This document shows positions 18,661 to 27,620 of a stretch of DNA of 64,000 bases, piece by piece. Under the pieces are notes generated by a model. The model worked only from the letters and a program-made list of their open reading frames with translations. It was not told the origin of the DNA and did no database searches. Source of the DNA: Verrucomicrobiia bacterium (GTDB lineage: Bacteria; Verrucomicrobiota; Verrucomicrobiia; Palsa-1439); assembly GCA_049510215.1 (NCBI GenBank), contig JBEKZD010000002.1, positions 30,167-94,166 of the forward strand, in the 5' to 3' direction. How positions within the stretch are numbered: the stretch's first letter is position 1; the number at the start of each line of letters is the position of its first letter. The translations under genes were made by a program, and so were the position numbers.

Positions 18661-19464
18661 ATGACCGAAAATCGCGTTCATTGCGAGCGGTTGGTGGCCC
18701 TGATAAAACCGAACACTTCCAGAGCGTTTCGCGCCGTGATCATCATCGCGCTGATGGTCACCGCCCAAGCGGTCTGTGCCGGGCCACCGTTCACCACGGA
18801 CGACCCCGAGCCGGTCGAATATAAACACTGGGAAGTCTATCTGGCGTCGCAACTCGCTCACGACGCGAGCGGCTGGTCGGGCACGTCGCCGCAAGTGGAA
18901 GTCAACTACGGAGTGATTACAAATCTCCAACTGCACCTCATCGCCCCCATCGCGTTCGTGGCGCCGGCGCATGGCAGCACCCGGTTTGGCTACGGCGACA
19001 CGGAGTTGGGGGCGAAGTATCGCTTCATCGAGGAAACGCCGCGCTGCCCGCAGATTGGAACGTTCCCCCTCGTCGAGGTGCCGAGCGGTGACCGCGAGCG
19101 CAGGCTGGGCAGCGGGCATGTCCAGGCATTTCTTCCGTTATGGCTCCAGAAGACTGCGGGTTCGTGGACGACTTACGGCGGTGGCGGGTATTGGATTAAT
19201 CCCGGCGCGGAAAACCGCAATTGGTGGTTCGTCGGCTGGCTGCTGCAGCGCCAAGTGACCGCCAAACTGGCGCTGGGCGCGGAGGTCTTTCACGAGACTG
19301 CCCAAGAAAAGGGCGGCGAGTCCGATACGCAGTTCAATCTCGGTGGCGTTTTCGATTTCAGCGAGACGTATCATCTGCTGGCTTCCGCGGGGCACACCAT
19401 CCAAGGATCGAGCGGCTACCAAGGTTACATCGCGTTGCAGTTCACCTTCGGTCCGGGCAAGTGA
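18661..19464 (+). CDS. Outer-membrane channel of the MetA-pathway/transporter-like family
   Basis: Signal peptide, then PPFTTDDPEPVEYKHWEVYL, GYGDTELGAKYRF and a C-terminal LQFTF. ATG at 18661 is preferred. Confidence 0.55.
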   Translation: MTENRVHCERLVALIKPNTSRAFRAVIIIALMVTAQAVCAGPPFTTDDPEPVEYKHWEVYLASQLAHDASGWSGTSPQVEVNYGVITNLQLHLIAPIAFVAPAHGSTRFGYGDTELGAKYRFIEETPRCPQIGTFPLVEVPSGDRERRLGSGHVQAFLPLWLQKTAGSWTTYGGGGYWINPGAENRNWWFVGWLLQRQVTAKLALGAEVFHETAQEKGGESDTQFNLGGVFDFSETYHLLASAGHTIQGSSGYQGYIALQFTFGPGK

Positions 19465-19851
19465 TCTGATGAATTGGCATGAGTGACACCTAGGAATCTG
19501 CCGGGAAACGGCTGCAGGAGATGGCGCTGGTGTTTCTGCGGCTCGGCAGCGCATGTCGCGATGATTGCGTCGTTGATGTGCTTGCTGATGAGCATAGTGC
19601 CCACAACTTGAAACGCTTTCCGCCATAATTCAGATCAAATCACCGACCCGAATCGCCGGTCCTGATACGATCCATCACTCACCACGAAGCACACGAAGCT
19701 CACCAAGGCGTCCCGTAGGAGCGGCATTCTTGCCGCGATCGACCTTACCCCGCCATCAAAGCGTTTGTGCTTGCGAGACCCGATGCCGTGCATTAACGTG
19801 CCCTCCGTGAAAGGAGTGCAGGCAACGCGGACTCCTAAGGTTAGCGGAAAT

Positions 19852-19876
19852 AGACGCCGATGTGGCGTCTTTTTTT
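19852..19876 (+). terminator. Terminator-like hairpin plus T-run immediately upstream of the first cassette
   Basis: AGACGCC-gatgt-GGCGTCT followed by TTTTTT. Confidence 0.45.
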
Positions 19877-19909
19877 ACGCCATTATGGTGTCTACTTCAT
19901 GTTAGACTG

Positions 19910-20215
19910 ATGAAGATCTATTTCGGTAAAGACATTCCGGAGTTTGAGGGGTTGTCCGTGGAAGTACGGCGCGAGGTTTGGTCAGCATGCTTGCCGTTTG
20001 CCTTCAAACACTGGCAGACTTGGATTGCTCTTTCGGTGCTGACGATTTCTGTGATTCTCACCGGATTTGTTTGGCTGTCGCTATCATCTTCGTCACTCCT
20101 TCCTCACTTATTTGCTATGTTTATAGTCGTCCCCTGTGCTGTTGTCTTTCATTCTGTGGAGATCGAGATACTTCGTCCTTACTTTCGGGAGTATTTACGA
20201 AGACGAAAAGTCTAA
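19910..20215 (+). CDS. Cassette ORF 1: small membrane protein (2 TM), no recognised family
   Basis: MKIYFGKDIPEFEGL...WIALSVLTISVILTGFVWLSL. The TAA stop lies inside the attC1 inverse core. Confidence 0.5.
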   Translation: MKIYFGKDIPEFEGLSVEVRREVWSACLPFAFKHWQTWIALSVLTISVILTGFVWLSLSSSSLLPHLFAMFIVVPCAVVFHSVEIEILRPYFREYLRRRKV

Positions 20216-20279
20216 CCATCCGCTTCAGCCAACCGCGACCCGCTGCGCGGCTCGCGGTGGCTGAGCTTTATCGTTAGGC
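20210..20279 (+). repeat. attC-like site 1 (70 bp)
   Basis: GTCTAAC (RYYYAAC) ... GCTTCAGCCAACCGCGA / CTCGCGGTGGCTGAGC ... GTTAGGC (GTTRRRY). The arms pair with one unpaired T. Confidence 0.65.
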
Positions 20280-20283
20280 ATCT

Positions 20284-20562
20284 ATGACACACCAACCAAA
20301 TAGAGACCGTTTCGCTCGGTGGCTTGGCTTGATGTATGCCACCGGCGCTCTGTTGATTGTGTGCGGGATACCGGCGACCGTTTTGCTCGTTTTGATGTTC
20401 ATGCACGTGCATGACAAGTCGGAGCGTTTGGATGGGTCGGAAGCATTGCTTTTCGGCGGTAGCATGGTTGCGGCGGAAGCTATTATTGCAGGCATTTTGC
20501 TATATGTTGCCGAGAGGATTACCAAGCGCAGACATACTAAAAATGACGATGCTGATGCCTAA
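20284..20562 (+). CDS. Cassette ORF 2: small membrane protein, no recognised family
   Basis: 92 aa with hydrophobic segments LGLMYATGALLIVCGIPATVLLVLMF and LLFGGSMVAAEAIIAGILLYV. The ATG is 5 nt after attC1. Confidence 0.5.
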   Translation: MTHQPNRDRFARWLGLMYATGALLIVCGIPATVLLVLMFMHVHDKSERLDGSEALLFGGSMVAAEAIIAGILLYVAERITKRRHTKNDDADA

Positions 20563-20655
20563 CAAGTCGCCGGAGCCAACGCCGGTTGGCGCGTGCCGTT
20601 CCGCTTCGCGGTTCACGGTTTTTGGTCCGGCGTGGCTCAGCTTTTTTCGTTAGGG
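20557..20655 (+). repeat. attC-like site 2 (99 bp)
   Basis: GCCTAAC ... GGAGCCAACGCCGG / CCGGCGTGGCTC ... GTTAGGG. The stop TAA of ORF 2 lies inside the first box. Confidence 0.65.
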
Positions 20656-20662
20656 TGCGAAA

Positions 20663-21247
20663 GTGGAAGAGCGTACAACACAAGAGCTCATTGAAAAATT
20701 GGGGGACGACGTTGATCGATGCCATGCTGGTCTAGTCCAATGCATTGATGACGGCGAAGCGGCTGGTGACGGCAGCGTCACGGTTGACTACGAGTACCAC
20801 GCGCGACAGTTGATTCGATCGATTCTTGCCTACGTGGAAGGGGTCACGTTTTCTGTCAAGGTTTCAGCTGTGGCGCGGTGCCTCGATTCAGGCATTGAGG
20901 TATCAGACCACGAGCGTTATCTGGCGGTGGAGATAGATGGCCAACTCAACGACAAAGGCGAGGTAATCGAGCGCCCCGCGAAGTTGCGTCTTGCTGAGAA
21001 TGTTCGATTCGCATTCCGCCTCTTAGAGAAAGCAACACAGGGTGCGTTTCGCTTTGATCCCTCTGTCGAGTGGTGGGCTTCGCTTCGCGGGACCATTGCT
21101 GTCAGAGATCGTCTCACACATCCTCGATATCCGCAGGATATTGATGTTTCGGGTGAAGAAATCGTAAATGCTTTAAAAGCAAAGGTGGGCTTTGAAACGG
21201 CCCTAACTAGCTATAAGCAGCGAAAGCCTAAGCTAAGGAATCCCTAA
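20663..21247 (+). CDS. Cassette ORF 3: soluble 194-aa protein with an R-D-x3-H (HEPN-like) motif
   Basis: GTG start 8 nt after attC2. C-terminal half reads ...WWASLRGTIAVRDRLTHPRYPQDI... No other family recognised. Confidence 0.55.
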   Translation: MEERTTQELIEKLGDDVDRCHAGLVQCIDDGEAAGDGSVTVDYEYHARQLIRSILAYVEGVTFSVKVSAVARCLDSGIEVSDHERYLAVEIDGQLNDKGEVIERPAKLRLAENVRFAFRLLEKATQGAFRFDPSVEWWASLRGTIAVRDRLTHPRYPQDIDVSGEEIVNALKAKVGFETALTSYKQRKPKLRNP

Positions 21248-21302
21248 CCATGCGCTTCAGCCAACGCCGCTGGCGCGGCATGGCTGAGCTTGGACGATAG
21301 TT
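21242..21302 (+). repeat. attC-like site 3 (about 61 bp, degenerate 3' core)
   Basis: CCCTAAC CATGC GCTTCAGCCAACGCCGC TGGC GCGGCATGGCTGAGC TTGGAC GATAGTT. The 5' half is nearly identical to attC1, but the 3' box is GATAGTT rather than GTTRRRY. Confidence 0.5.
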
Positions 21303-21307
21303 CACAA

Positions 21308-21787
21308 ATGATACTGGCCAACGTAATCTTCCCTGCTCCGTCGGCTGCATACTTCGTAAACTTCTTTTTCCCGCTTTCAGCGGTGTTGGCATTGGCTACC
21401 GAGTTCGCGGTGTTCGCCTACTTCCAGCATGGCGTTATTTCCAAGTCGCGTCTTCTTGGCGTGGTTGTTGGCGTCAATCTGTTCTCTTGGTTTGTGGGTA
21501 TCGTGTTGTCATCCTTCCTGCCGAGTGGTCTTGTTCCAAAGTTGGTTGGTGAGGGTGAGCATCAGGCTCATATCATCACGCAAGGCCCCCACTGGGGCAC
21601 TATCGCCATTCTCAGCTTCTTCTGGGCGTGCTTGCTGAGTTTCGGACTTGAGTACGGGGCATTGCGGTTGTTTCGCAGACGACTGCCGTTTCAGAGGCTC
21701 GCTCTTTGCGTTGGTACTGCGAACGTCGCGAGCTACTGCGTCATTGCTGTGGTTGTGGCCGTGCACCTTCATTTCAACCTTTTCTGA
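21308..21787 (+). CDS. Small polytopic membrane protein (4-5 TM), last ORF of the low-GC block; no attC follows
   Basis: MILANVIFPAPSAAYFVNFFFPLSAVLALATEFAVFAYF... ATG at 21308 is preferred to TTG at 21290. Confidence 0.5.
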   Translation: MILANVIFPAPSAAYFVNFFFPLSAVLALATEFAVFAYFQHGVISKSRLLGVVVGVNLFSWFVGIVLSSFLPSGLVPKLVGEGEHQAHIITQGPHWGTIAILSFFWACLLSFGLEYGALRLFRRRLPFQRLALCVGTANVASYCVIAVVVAVHLHFNLF

Positions 21788-21856
21788 TGAAGAGCGATGA
21801 GCTATCAATCGGGTCTGAGGCAGTCCGCAAAAACGAACTGGGGCAATCCGAGCGGT

Positions 21857-22801
21857 TCAGTCCAGCGCCTTCCCAGCAAGCCATTTCACCGTGCGCTCCA
21901 TCGTTGGGGCCGACATCAGGGCGCTGATGTGGCCTTGCCGCGTCCGCCAGATCGTCGGCTTGTTCCACGCGAGCCAAAGTTCCTCGATCGTTTCCACCGG
22001 CGCGAACAGATCGTGTTCAGAAGCGACCAGCAAAATGTTTTCCGGCGGCAGCTTCGGGCGATGCGAGATGAGGTTCAGCCGATCCAGCCGGACCTCGACG
22101 CCTTCCAGTCGTTTCCGAATCGGACGACAGAAATCCAGTTCGTCGATGACGCGGTCGATTCTCGACACGGGAGTGGTCAGCACCGCGCTGCCGATCCGCG
22201 GTTCGGTGCAGGCTAACAATCCGCTCAGCCATGCGCCGAGCGAGAAACCCCACAGCCCAACAAACGGCGAGCCTTGTTCTCTCAGCCAGGCGACGAGGGC
22301 GCGCGTGTCGGCCAGCGCCTGTCGCGTTGCGCCGGCGACTTGGAGCAGATCGTCGGAAAGAAAGTTCTTCACCGCGCCGCGACCACGCGGTTTCCGGTGC
22401 GAGTGATAGGGCAGTTCGATCATCGCGGCGTTAAGACCAGCGCGGTTGAGCCGCCACGCGAGGTAGGGGAACAACACGCGATAACCCGACTCGGCGTTCC
22501 AACCGTGCAACAGGATGACTGTCGGATGCCGCCGCCAGTTTTCCGCACACGCAAACAATTTGCCGTGCACGATGTTGTTCTCAGCCCACGGCGTCTGAAT
22601 CGGCGAGGTGAACCGAAACTTCTTGTCGTTGGTGAACGTCAGGTCGCCCGGAACCTGGACGAAGTCGCAGAAGAAATCAGGATCATCCAGCAACTTCTCG
22701 GCGGCGGTGGCCTGACTGCCTTCGCCGTTGCCGTTGTGGACGCTGAACCGGGCAAGCTGGATGGAGAGCCAATCCATCGGCTTTGCCAGAACTGCATGCA
22801 T
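21857..22801 (-). CDS. alpha/beta hydrolase
   Basis: ILLHGWNAESGY and nucleophile elbow GFSLGAW. ATG at 22801 avoids overlap with trpD. Confidence 0.7.
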   Translation of the reverse strand: MHAVLAKPMDWLSIQLARFSVHNGNGEGSQATAAEKLLDDPDFFCDFVQVPGDLTFTNDKKFRFTSPIQTPWAENNIVHGKLFACAENWRRHPTVILLHGWNAESGYRVLFPYLAWRLNRAGLNAAMIELPYHSHRKPRGRGAVKNFLSDDLLQVAGATRQALADTRALVAWLREQGSPFVGLWGFSLGAWLSGLLACTEPRIGSAVLTTPVSRIDRVIDELDFCRPIRKRLEGVEVRLDRLNLISHRPKLPPENILLVASEHDLFAPVETIEELWLAWNKPTIWRTRQGHISALMSAPTMERTVKWLAGKALD

Positions 22802-22809
22802 GACGAAAC

Positions 22810-23862
22810 CTACACGCGATTTGTCGCCGCGACAAATCGCTCCAACTTTTCCAACGCTGCGCCGCTGTCGATCAACTCGACCGCGCGTTTCCAACCTTGG
22901 TCAAAATCATCCACCACGTCTGAGACAACCAACGCTGCCGCCGTGTTCAGCAGCACGATGTCGCGGCGCGCACCGCGGTCCTTGCCGCTGAGCACCTCGC
23001 GCGCGATGCGGGCATTGGTGGCGGGATCGGCACCAGCCAGTTCCTCCGGTTTCACCACGACGCCGCGCCAGAGCGTGTGTGGCACGCGAAAATCGCGTTC
23101 GGTCTGCTCAATGCGCCCGGCCCACAACTCCGCGACGGTGTTGACGCCCATCGTGGACAATTCGTCCAGGCCGTCGCCGTGCACGACCATCGCGTGTTTC
23201 AATCCCAGCAACCGCAACACCTCCGCATACTTCCCGACCAACCCGCGGTCGAAAACTCCGATGAGTTGGTGCGTGGGCCGCACCGGGTTCACGAGCGGGC
23301 CGAGGATGTTGAATACCGTCCGCTGTTTGCGTTCCGCCAGTTTCTTGCGAATTGGCGCGATCGCCTTGAACGTGGGATGGTACAGCGGCGCGAGGAAAAA
23401 GGTGACTCCCACCGTCTCCAAACAACGCCGCGCAGCTTCGGGTGGCAACTCAATCTTCGCGCCCAGCGCCGCCAGCACGTCCGCGCTGCCGCAACGGCTG
23501 GTGATCGCGCGATTGCCGTGTTTGGTCACCGCGACGCCTGCCGCCGCCGCCACGAACATCGTGCACGAGGAAATGTTGAACGTGTGCGCCAAGTCCGCGC
23601 CCGTGCCGACCACGTCGAGCAACACGCCGCCGTAACGGGCCGGATCAATTTGCGGATCGACCGCGCGCGCGCGCAACTCCAGCGCAAATGCGGCAATCTC
23701 TTCCGCCGTCTCGCCTTTGCGTGCCAGCGCCGTCAGGAATTCCGCTTTCGCGTCCTCCGCCACCGCTTCGTCGAGCAGCGCGCACACGGCCGCGCTGACG
23801 TCCTCGCGCGAAAGGTCGGTTCGTGCAGCGGCTTTCTCGGTTAGCTTGGCCAGACTGATCAT
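22810..23862 (-). CDS. trpD: Anthranilate phosphoribosyltransferase
   Basis: DVVGTGADLAHTFNISS and VTKHGNRAITSRCGSADVLAALG. Confidence 0.9.
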   Translation of the reverse strand: MISLAKLTEKAAARTDLSREDVSAAVCALLDEAVAEDAKAEFLTALARKGETAEEIAAFALELRARAVDPQIDPARYGGVLLDVVGTGADLAHTFNISSCTMFVAAAAGVAVTKHGNRAITSRCGSADVLAALGAKIELPPEAARRCLETVGVTFFLAPLYHPTFKAIAPIRKKLAERKQRTVFNILGPLVNPVRPTHQLIGVFDRGLVGKYAEVLRLLGLKHAMVVHGDGLDELSTMGVNTVAELWAGRIEQTERDFRVPHTLWRGVVVKPEELAGADPATNARIAREVLSGKDRGARRDIVLLNTAAALVVSDVVDDFDQGWKRAVELIDSGAALEKLERFVAATNRV

Positions 23863-23918
23863 CTGACCAAAATCCTACCATAAAACCAGCGGTGGCGTTA
23901 CAATTTCACAGATAAGCC

Positions 23919-25262
23919 ATGACAAATGCACCGCGACATTTCTCCGCACTGGCAAAGCGCTCCAGCGAGCCGCCGATTAGTTGGCTGATGAAGCTGGCGC
24001 TCGATCGGCCCGACCTCATTTCATTGGCGGTCGGCTTTACCGACAACGAAACGCTGCCCGTCGAAGAGGTGGGCGCGCTCACGCGCGCGATTCTGCAGCG
24101 TCCGAAGACCGCCCGCGCCGCGCTGCAATACGGCACGACCATCGGCCTGCTGCAATTGCGCCGCGAACTGCTGCGCCGCTGGCAAAAGCAGGACGGCATT
24201 TCCAAATCCAGGATCACTACTGACGACATCGTCGTTACCGATGGCTCGCAGCAATTGCTGTATCTCGTCTCTGAAGTTCTCTGCGATCCCGGCGACATCG
24301 TCATCGTCGAAGACCCGACCTACTTCGTCTATCTCGGCATCGTCGAGGCAATGGGCATTCGGGCTGTGGGATTCGATTCAATTTCATACCTAAAATCCAA
24401 ACTGGATGACTTGAAACGCCGCCGCCTTCTCTCGCGCCTGAAGATGCTTTACCTCGTCACGTACTTCCAGAACCCGACAGGCCGCACGTGGTCGCTGGAA
24501 ATGAGACGCGAACTGCTCGCCATCGTAAAACATTACGAGCGCGCCGCAGGCCATCCTGTTTACATCGTCGAGGACGCTGCCTACCGCGACCTGCGTTTCG
24601 AGGGCGATCCCGCCGTGGCGGGATTCAAGTCGCTCGACCTGCGCAACGAGCGCGTCATCTACACGAACACGCTCACGAAGCCGTTCGCCACCGGGTTCCG
24701 CATCGGCTACGGCATCCTGCCGCCGTCGCTGGGTCGCGCCGTGCTGCGCAGCAAAGGTAACCACGACTTCGGCACCTCAAACTTTCTCCAAACCATCCTC
24801 GCCCGCGCGCTGGCCGAGGGCGTGTACGACCGCCATCTGCCGATCATCGCCGACGGTTATCGACGGAAACGGGATGTGATGATGGAGGAGTTGGAGAGAG
24901 CCTTTGGTTGTAGCGGCGCTTCTGCGAAGCGCCGAAACTCGGACGCGATGCTGACAATCTGCGCTTCGCAGAAGCGCGGCTACACCAACACAGAAGAAGG
25001 GGTGCATAAGGCGCTATTCAACAAACCGCACGGCGGCATGTACGTCTGGGTCGAACTCGATCCGGGCGTGAACACAGGCGTGAAAAGCCGCCTGTTTAAG
25101 CGCGCGCTCGACGCCGGAGTGTTGTACGTCCCCGGCGAGATGTGCTACTGCAACGACCCGTCTCGCCCGATCCCGCAAAACTGCATGCGCCTCAGCTTCG
25201 GCGCGCCGACGATTCAGCAAATACAAAAGGGCATCCGCCTCCTGGCGAATGCCCTTGGTTGA
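23919..25262 (+). CDS. PLP-dependent aminotransferase (class I/II, aminoadipate/MocR-type catalytic domain)
   Basis: ISLAVGFTDNETLP, YQNPTGRTW and the PLP-lysine context NTLTKPFATGFRIGYG. Carries an embedded palindromic element at 24909-24984. Confidence 0.8.
   Translation: MTNAPRHFSALAKRSSEPPISWLMKLALDRPDLISLAVGFTDNETLPVEEVGALTRAILQRPKTARAALQYGTTIGLLQLRRELLRRWQKQDGISKSRITTDDIVVTDGSQQLLYLVSEVLCDPGDIVIVEDPTYFVYLGIVEAMGIRAVGFDSISYLKSKLDDLKRRRLLSRLKMLYLVTYFQNPTGRTWSLEMRRELLAIVKHYERAAGHPVYIVEDAAYRDLRFEGDPAVAGFKSLDLRNERVIYTNTLTKPFATGFRIGYGILPPSLGRAVLRSKGNHDFGTSNFLQTILARALAEGVYDRHLPIIADGYRRKRDVMMEELERAFGCSGASAKRRNSDAMLTICASQKRGYTNTEEGVHKALFNKPHGGMYVWVELDPGVNTGVKSRLFKRALDAGVLYVPGEMCYCNDPSRPIPQNCMRLSFGAPTIQQIQKGIRLLANALG
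24909..24984. repeat. REP/MITE-like palindromic element (TGTAGCGGCGC family) inside the aminotransferase CDS
   Basis: TGTAGCGGCGCTTCTGCGAAGCGCC...GCGCTTCGCAGAAGCGCGGCTACA. The termini are reverse complements with one mismatch. Confidence 0.7.
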
Positions 25263-25282
25263 ATTCAGCGAGTGATCTGCGA

Positions 25283-25546
25283 CTACGATACACTGGCAAC
25301 TGGGACGAGGTCGATGTTGACTCGGCGGCCGTTCTTGTCGAACCGAACTTTGCCCTCGGCCAAAGCGAAGAGCGTCCAATCGCGGCCGGTGCCGACGTTG
25401 TTGCCGGCGACAAAGCGCGCGCCGCGCTGGCGAATGATGATGCTGCCGGCGCTGACCAACTCGCCGCCAAATCGTTTCACGCCGAGCCGCTTGCTGACCG
25501 AGTCGCGTCCGTTGCGGCTGCTGCCTTGTCCTTTTTTATGGGCCAT
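25283..25546 (-). CDS. rpmA: 50S ribosomal protein L27
   Basis: [28 protein letters not shown]. Confidence 0.95.
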   Translation of the reverse strand: MAHKKGQGSSRNGRDSVSKRLGVKRFGGELVSAGSIIIRQRGARFVAGNNVGTGRDWTLFALAEGKVRFDKNGRRVNIDLVPVASVS

Positions 25547-25586
25547 GATTGAGTCTCCTGACTGCTGAAAGCTGAATGCTGACGGC

Positions 25587-25904
25587 TTACTTCGCGACGA
25601 TTTCCTTGATTCTCAACACCGTGTGGTGCGCCCGAATGCCGCGCTTGCGGTGGTAGCCTTCGCGGCGACGAAACTTGAAGGCGATGACCTTCTTGCCCTT
25701 CTTGTCAGGCTCGACAACCTCGGCGGTCACGCGCGCGCCCTTGACTGTGGGCTTGCCGACCTGAATGTTATCGCCGTCCGCCACCAGCAACACGTCTTCC
25801 AGCGCGATTTCCTTGCCCTTCTCGCCGTCGAGCAGTTCGACTTCGAGCACGTCGCCGGGCTGGACGCGGTATTGTTTTGCACCTGTTCGGATGACTGCGT
25901 ACAT
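25587..25904 (-). CDS. rplU: 50S ribosomal protein L21
   Basis: [26 protein letters not shown] at 25904; the track ORF is extended upstream. Confidence 0.95.
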   Translation of the reverse strand: MYAVIRTGAKQYRVQPGDVLEVELLDGEKGKEIALEDVLLVADGDNIQVGKPTVKGARVTAEVVEPDKKGKKVIAFKFRRREGYHRKRGIRAHHTVLRIKEIVAK

Positions 25905-26414
25905 AAAATTGTCTTTCACCACCTCTTGCGAAGGCGGGGAAAAATAACGGAACAAACCGCCCACGTCAACGCCTATCTTTCGCCGCGATTCCCAGGGTGA
26001 AAAGCCGACCACACCCCAGTCCATACGCCCACTCTGCCCGCAGCCCGAGCCGAATCAAGTACGCCGCCATCGCTCACTGCCGGATCTGCCGTTTTACAGT
26101 GATCAGTTGCAGTTTCCACGATTAGGCGTATGTTCCATTAGAGAGTCGGGCAAAGGGTAGGGCAAGGGTTTTCCAGCTCGACTCTCCTTTTGTTGCTCTG
26201 ATTAGCGGGCCTCCTGAATTCGCCGCCGGAGTGTTGGACTTCTGGATGAGAACAGTTCGGTCTGCTCTCCGGGTTGCCTACGGCGTCAGCCGCGCGCGGT
26301 AGAAGCGTTGGGGCTGTGCGGCGGCACTGTGTCGGTGATTTGGACGATGCCGCCGCGGCCATCGCAACGTTGGAGCGTGCTGCCGCTGTTGGGCGTGCCT
26401 TCCAGGCTTCTGAG

Positions 26415-27494
<1,080 letters not shown>

Positions 27495-27620
27495 TCAAGG
27501 CGCACCAGACTCGCTACGCCTCGTGCATCCTAAGCGAGGGTCGCATATCCGTCAAACGGAAAACTCTTTTTCATGGTTGCGGCGCGCGTTAGCGTCGGTC
27601 GAACTTTCAGGAGACTTCCA

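Larger units (their letters stand above)
19901..21302 (+). mobile_element. Integron-type gene cassette array without an adjacent integrase (CALIN-like)
   Basis: Three ORF-plus-attC units, all in one orientation. GC is lower than the flanks by eye. Core-site-like GTTAGAC at 19901. See the attC features and finding 1. Confidence 0.65.

Noticed and set aside
19490-19615. Short stretch translating to LQEMALVFLRLGS... and, in a shifted frame, SAAHVAMIASLM, reminiscent of a chromate-transporter (ChrA) N-terminus. It might be a gene remnant at the junction with the cassette array.
   Set aside because: Only about 30 residues resemble the family and a frameshift is needed. This cannot be supported without a database alignment.
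19791-19846. Possible fourth (upstream) attC: CATTAAC...GGAGT-gcaggcaacgcgg-ACTCC...GTTAGCG.
   Set aside because: Both core boxes deviate from RYYYAAC/GTTRRRY, the arms do not pair like the other three sites, and no ORF precedes it. It is mentioned in finding 1 only as weak.
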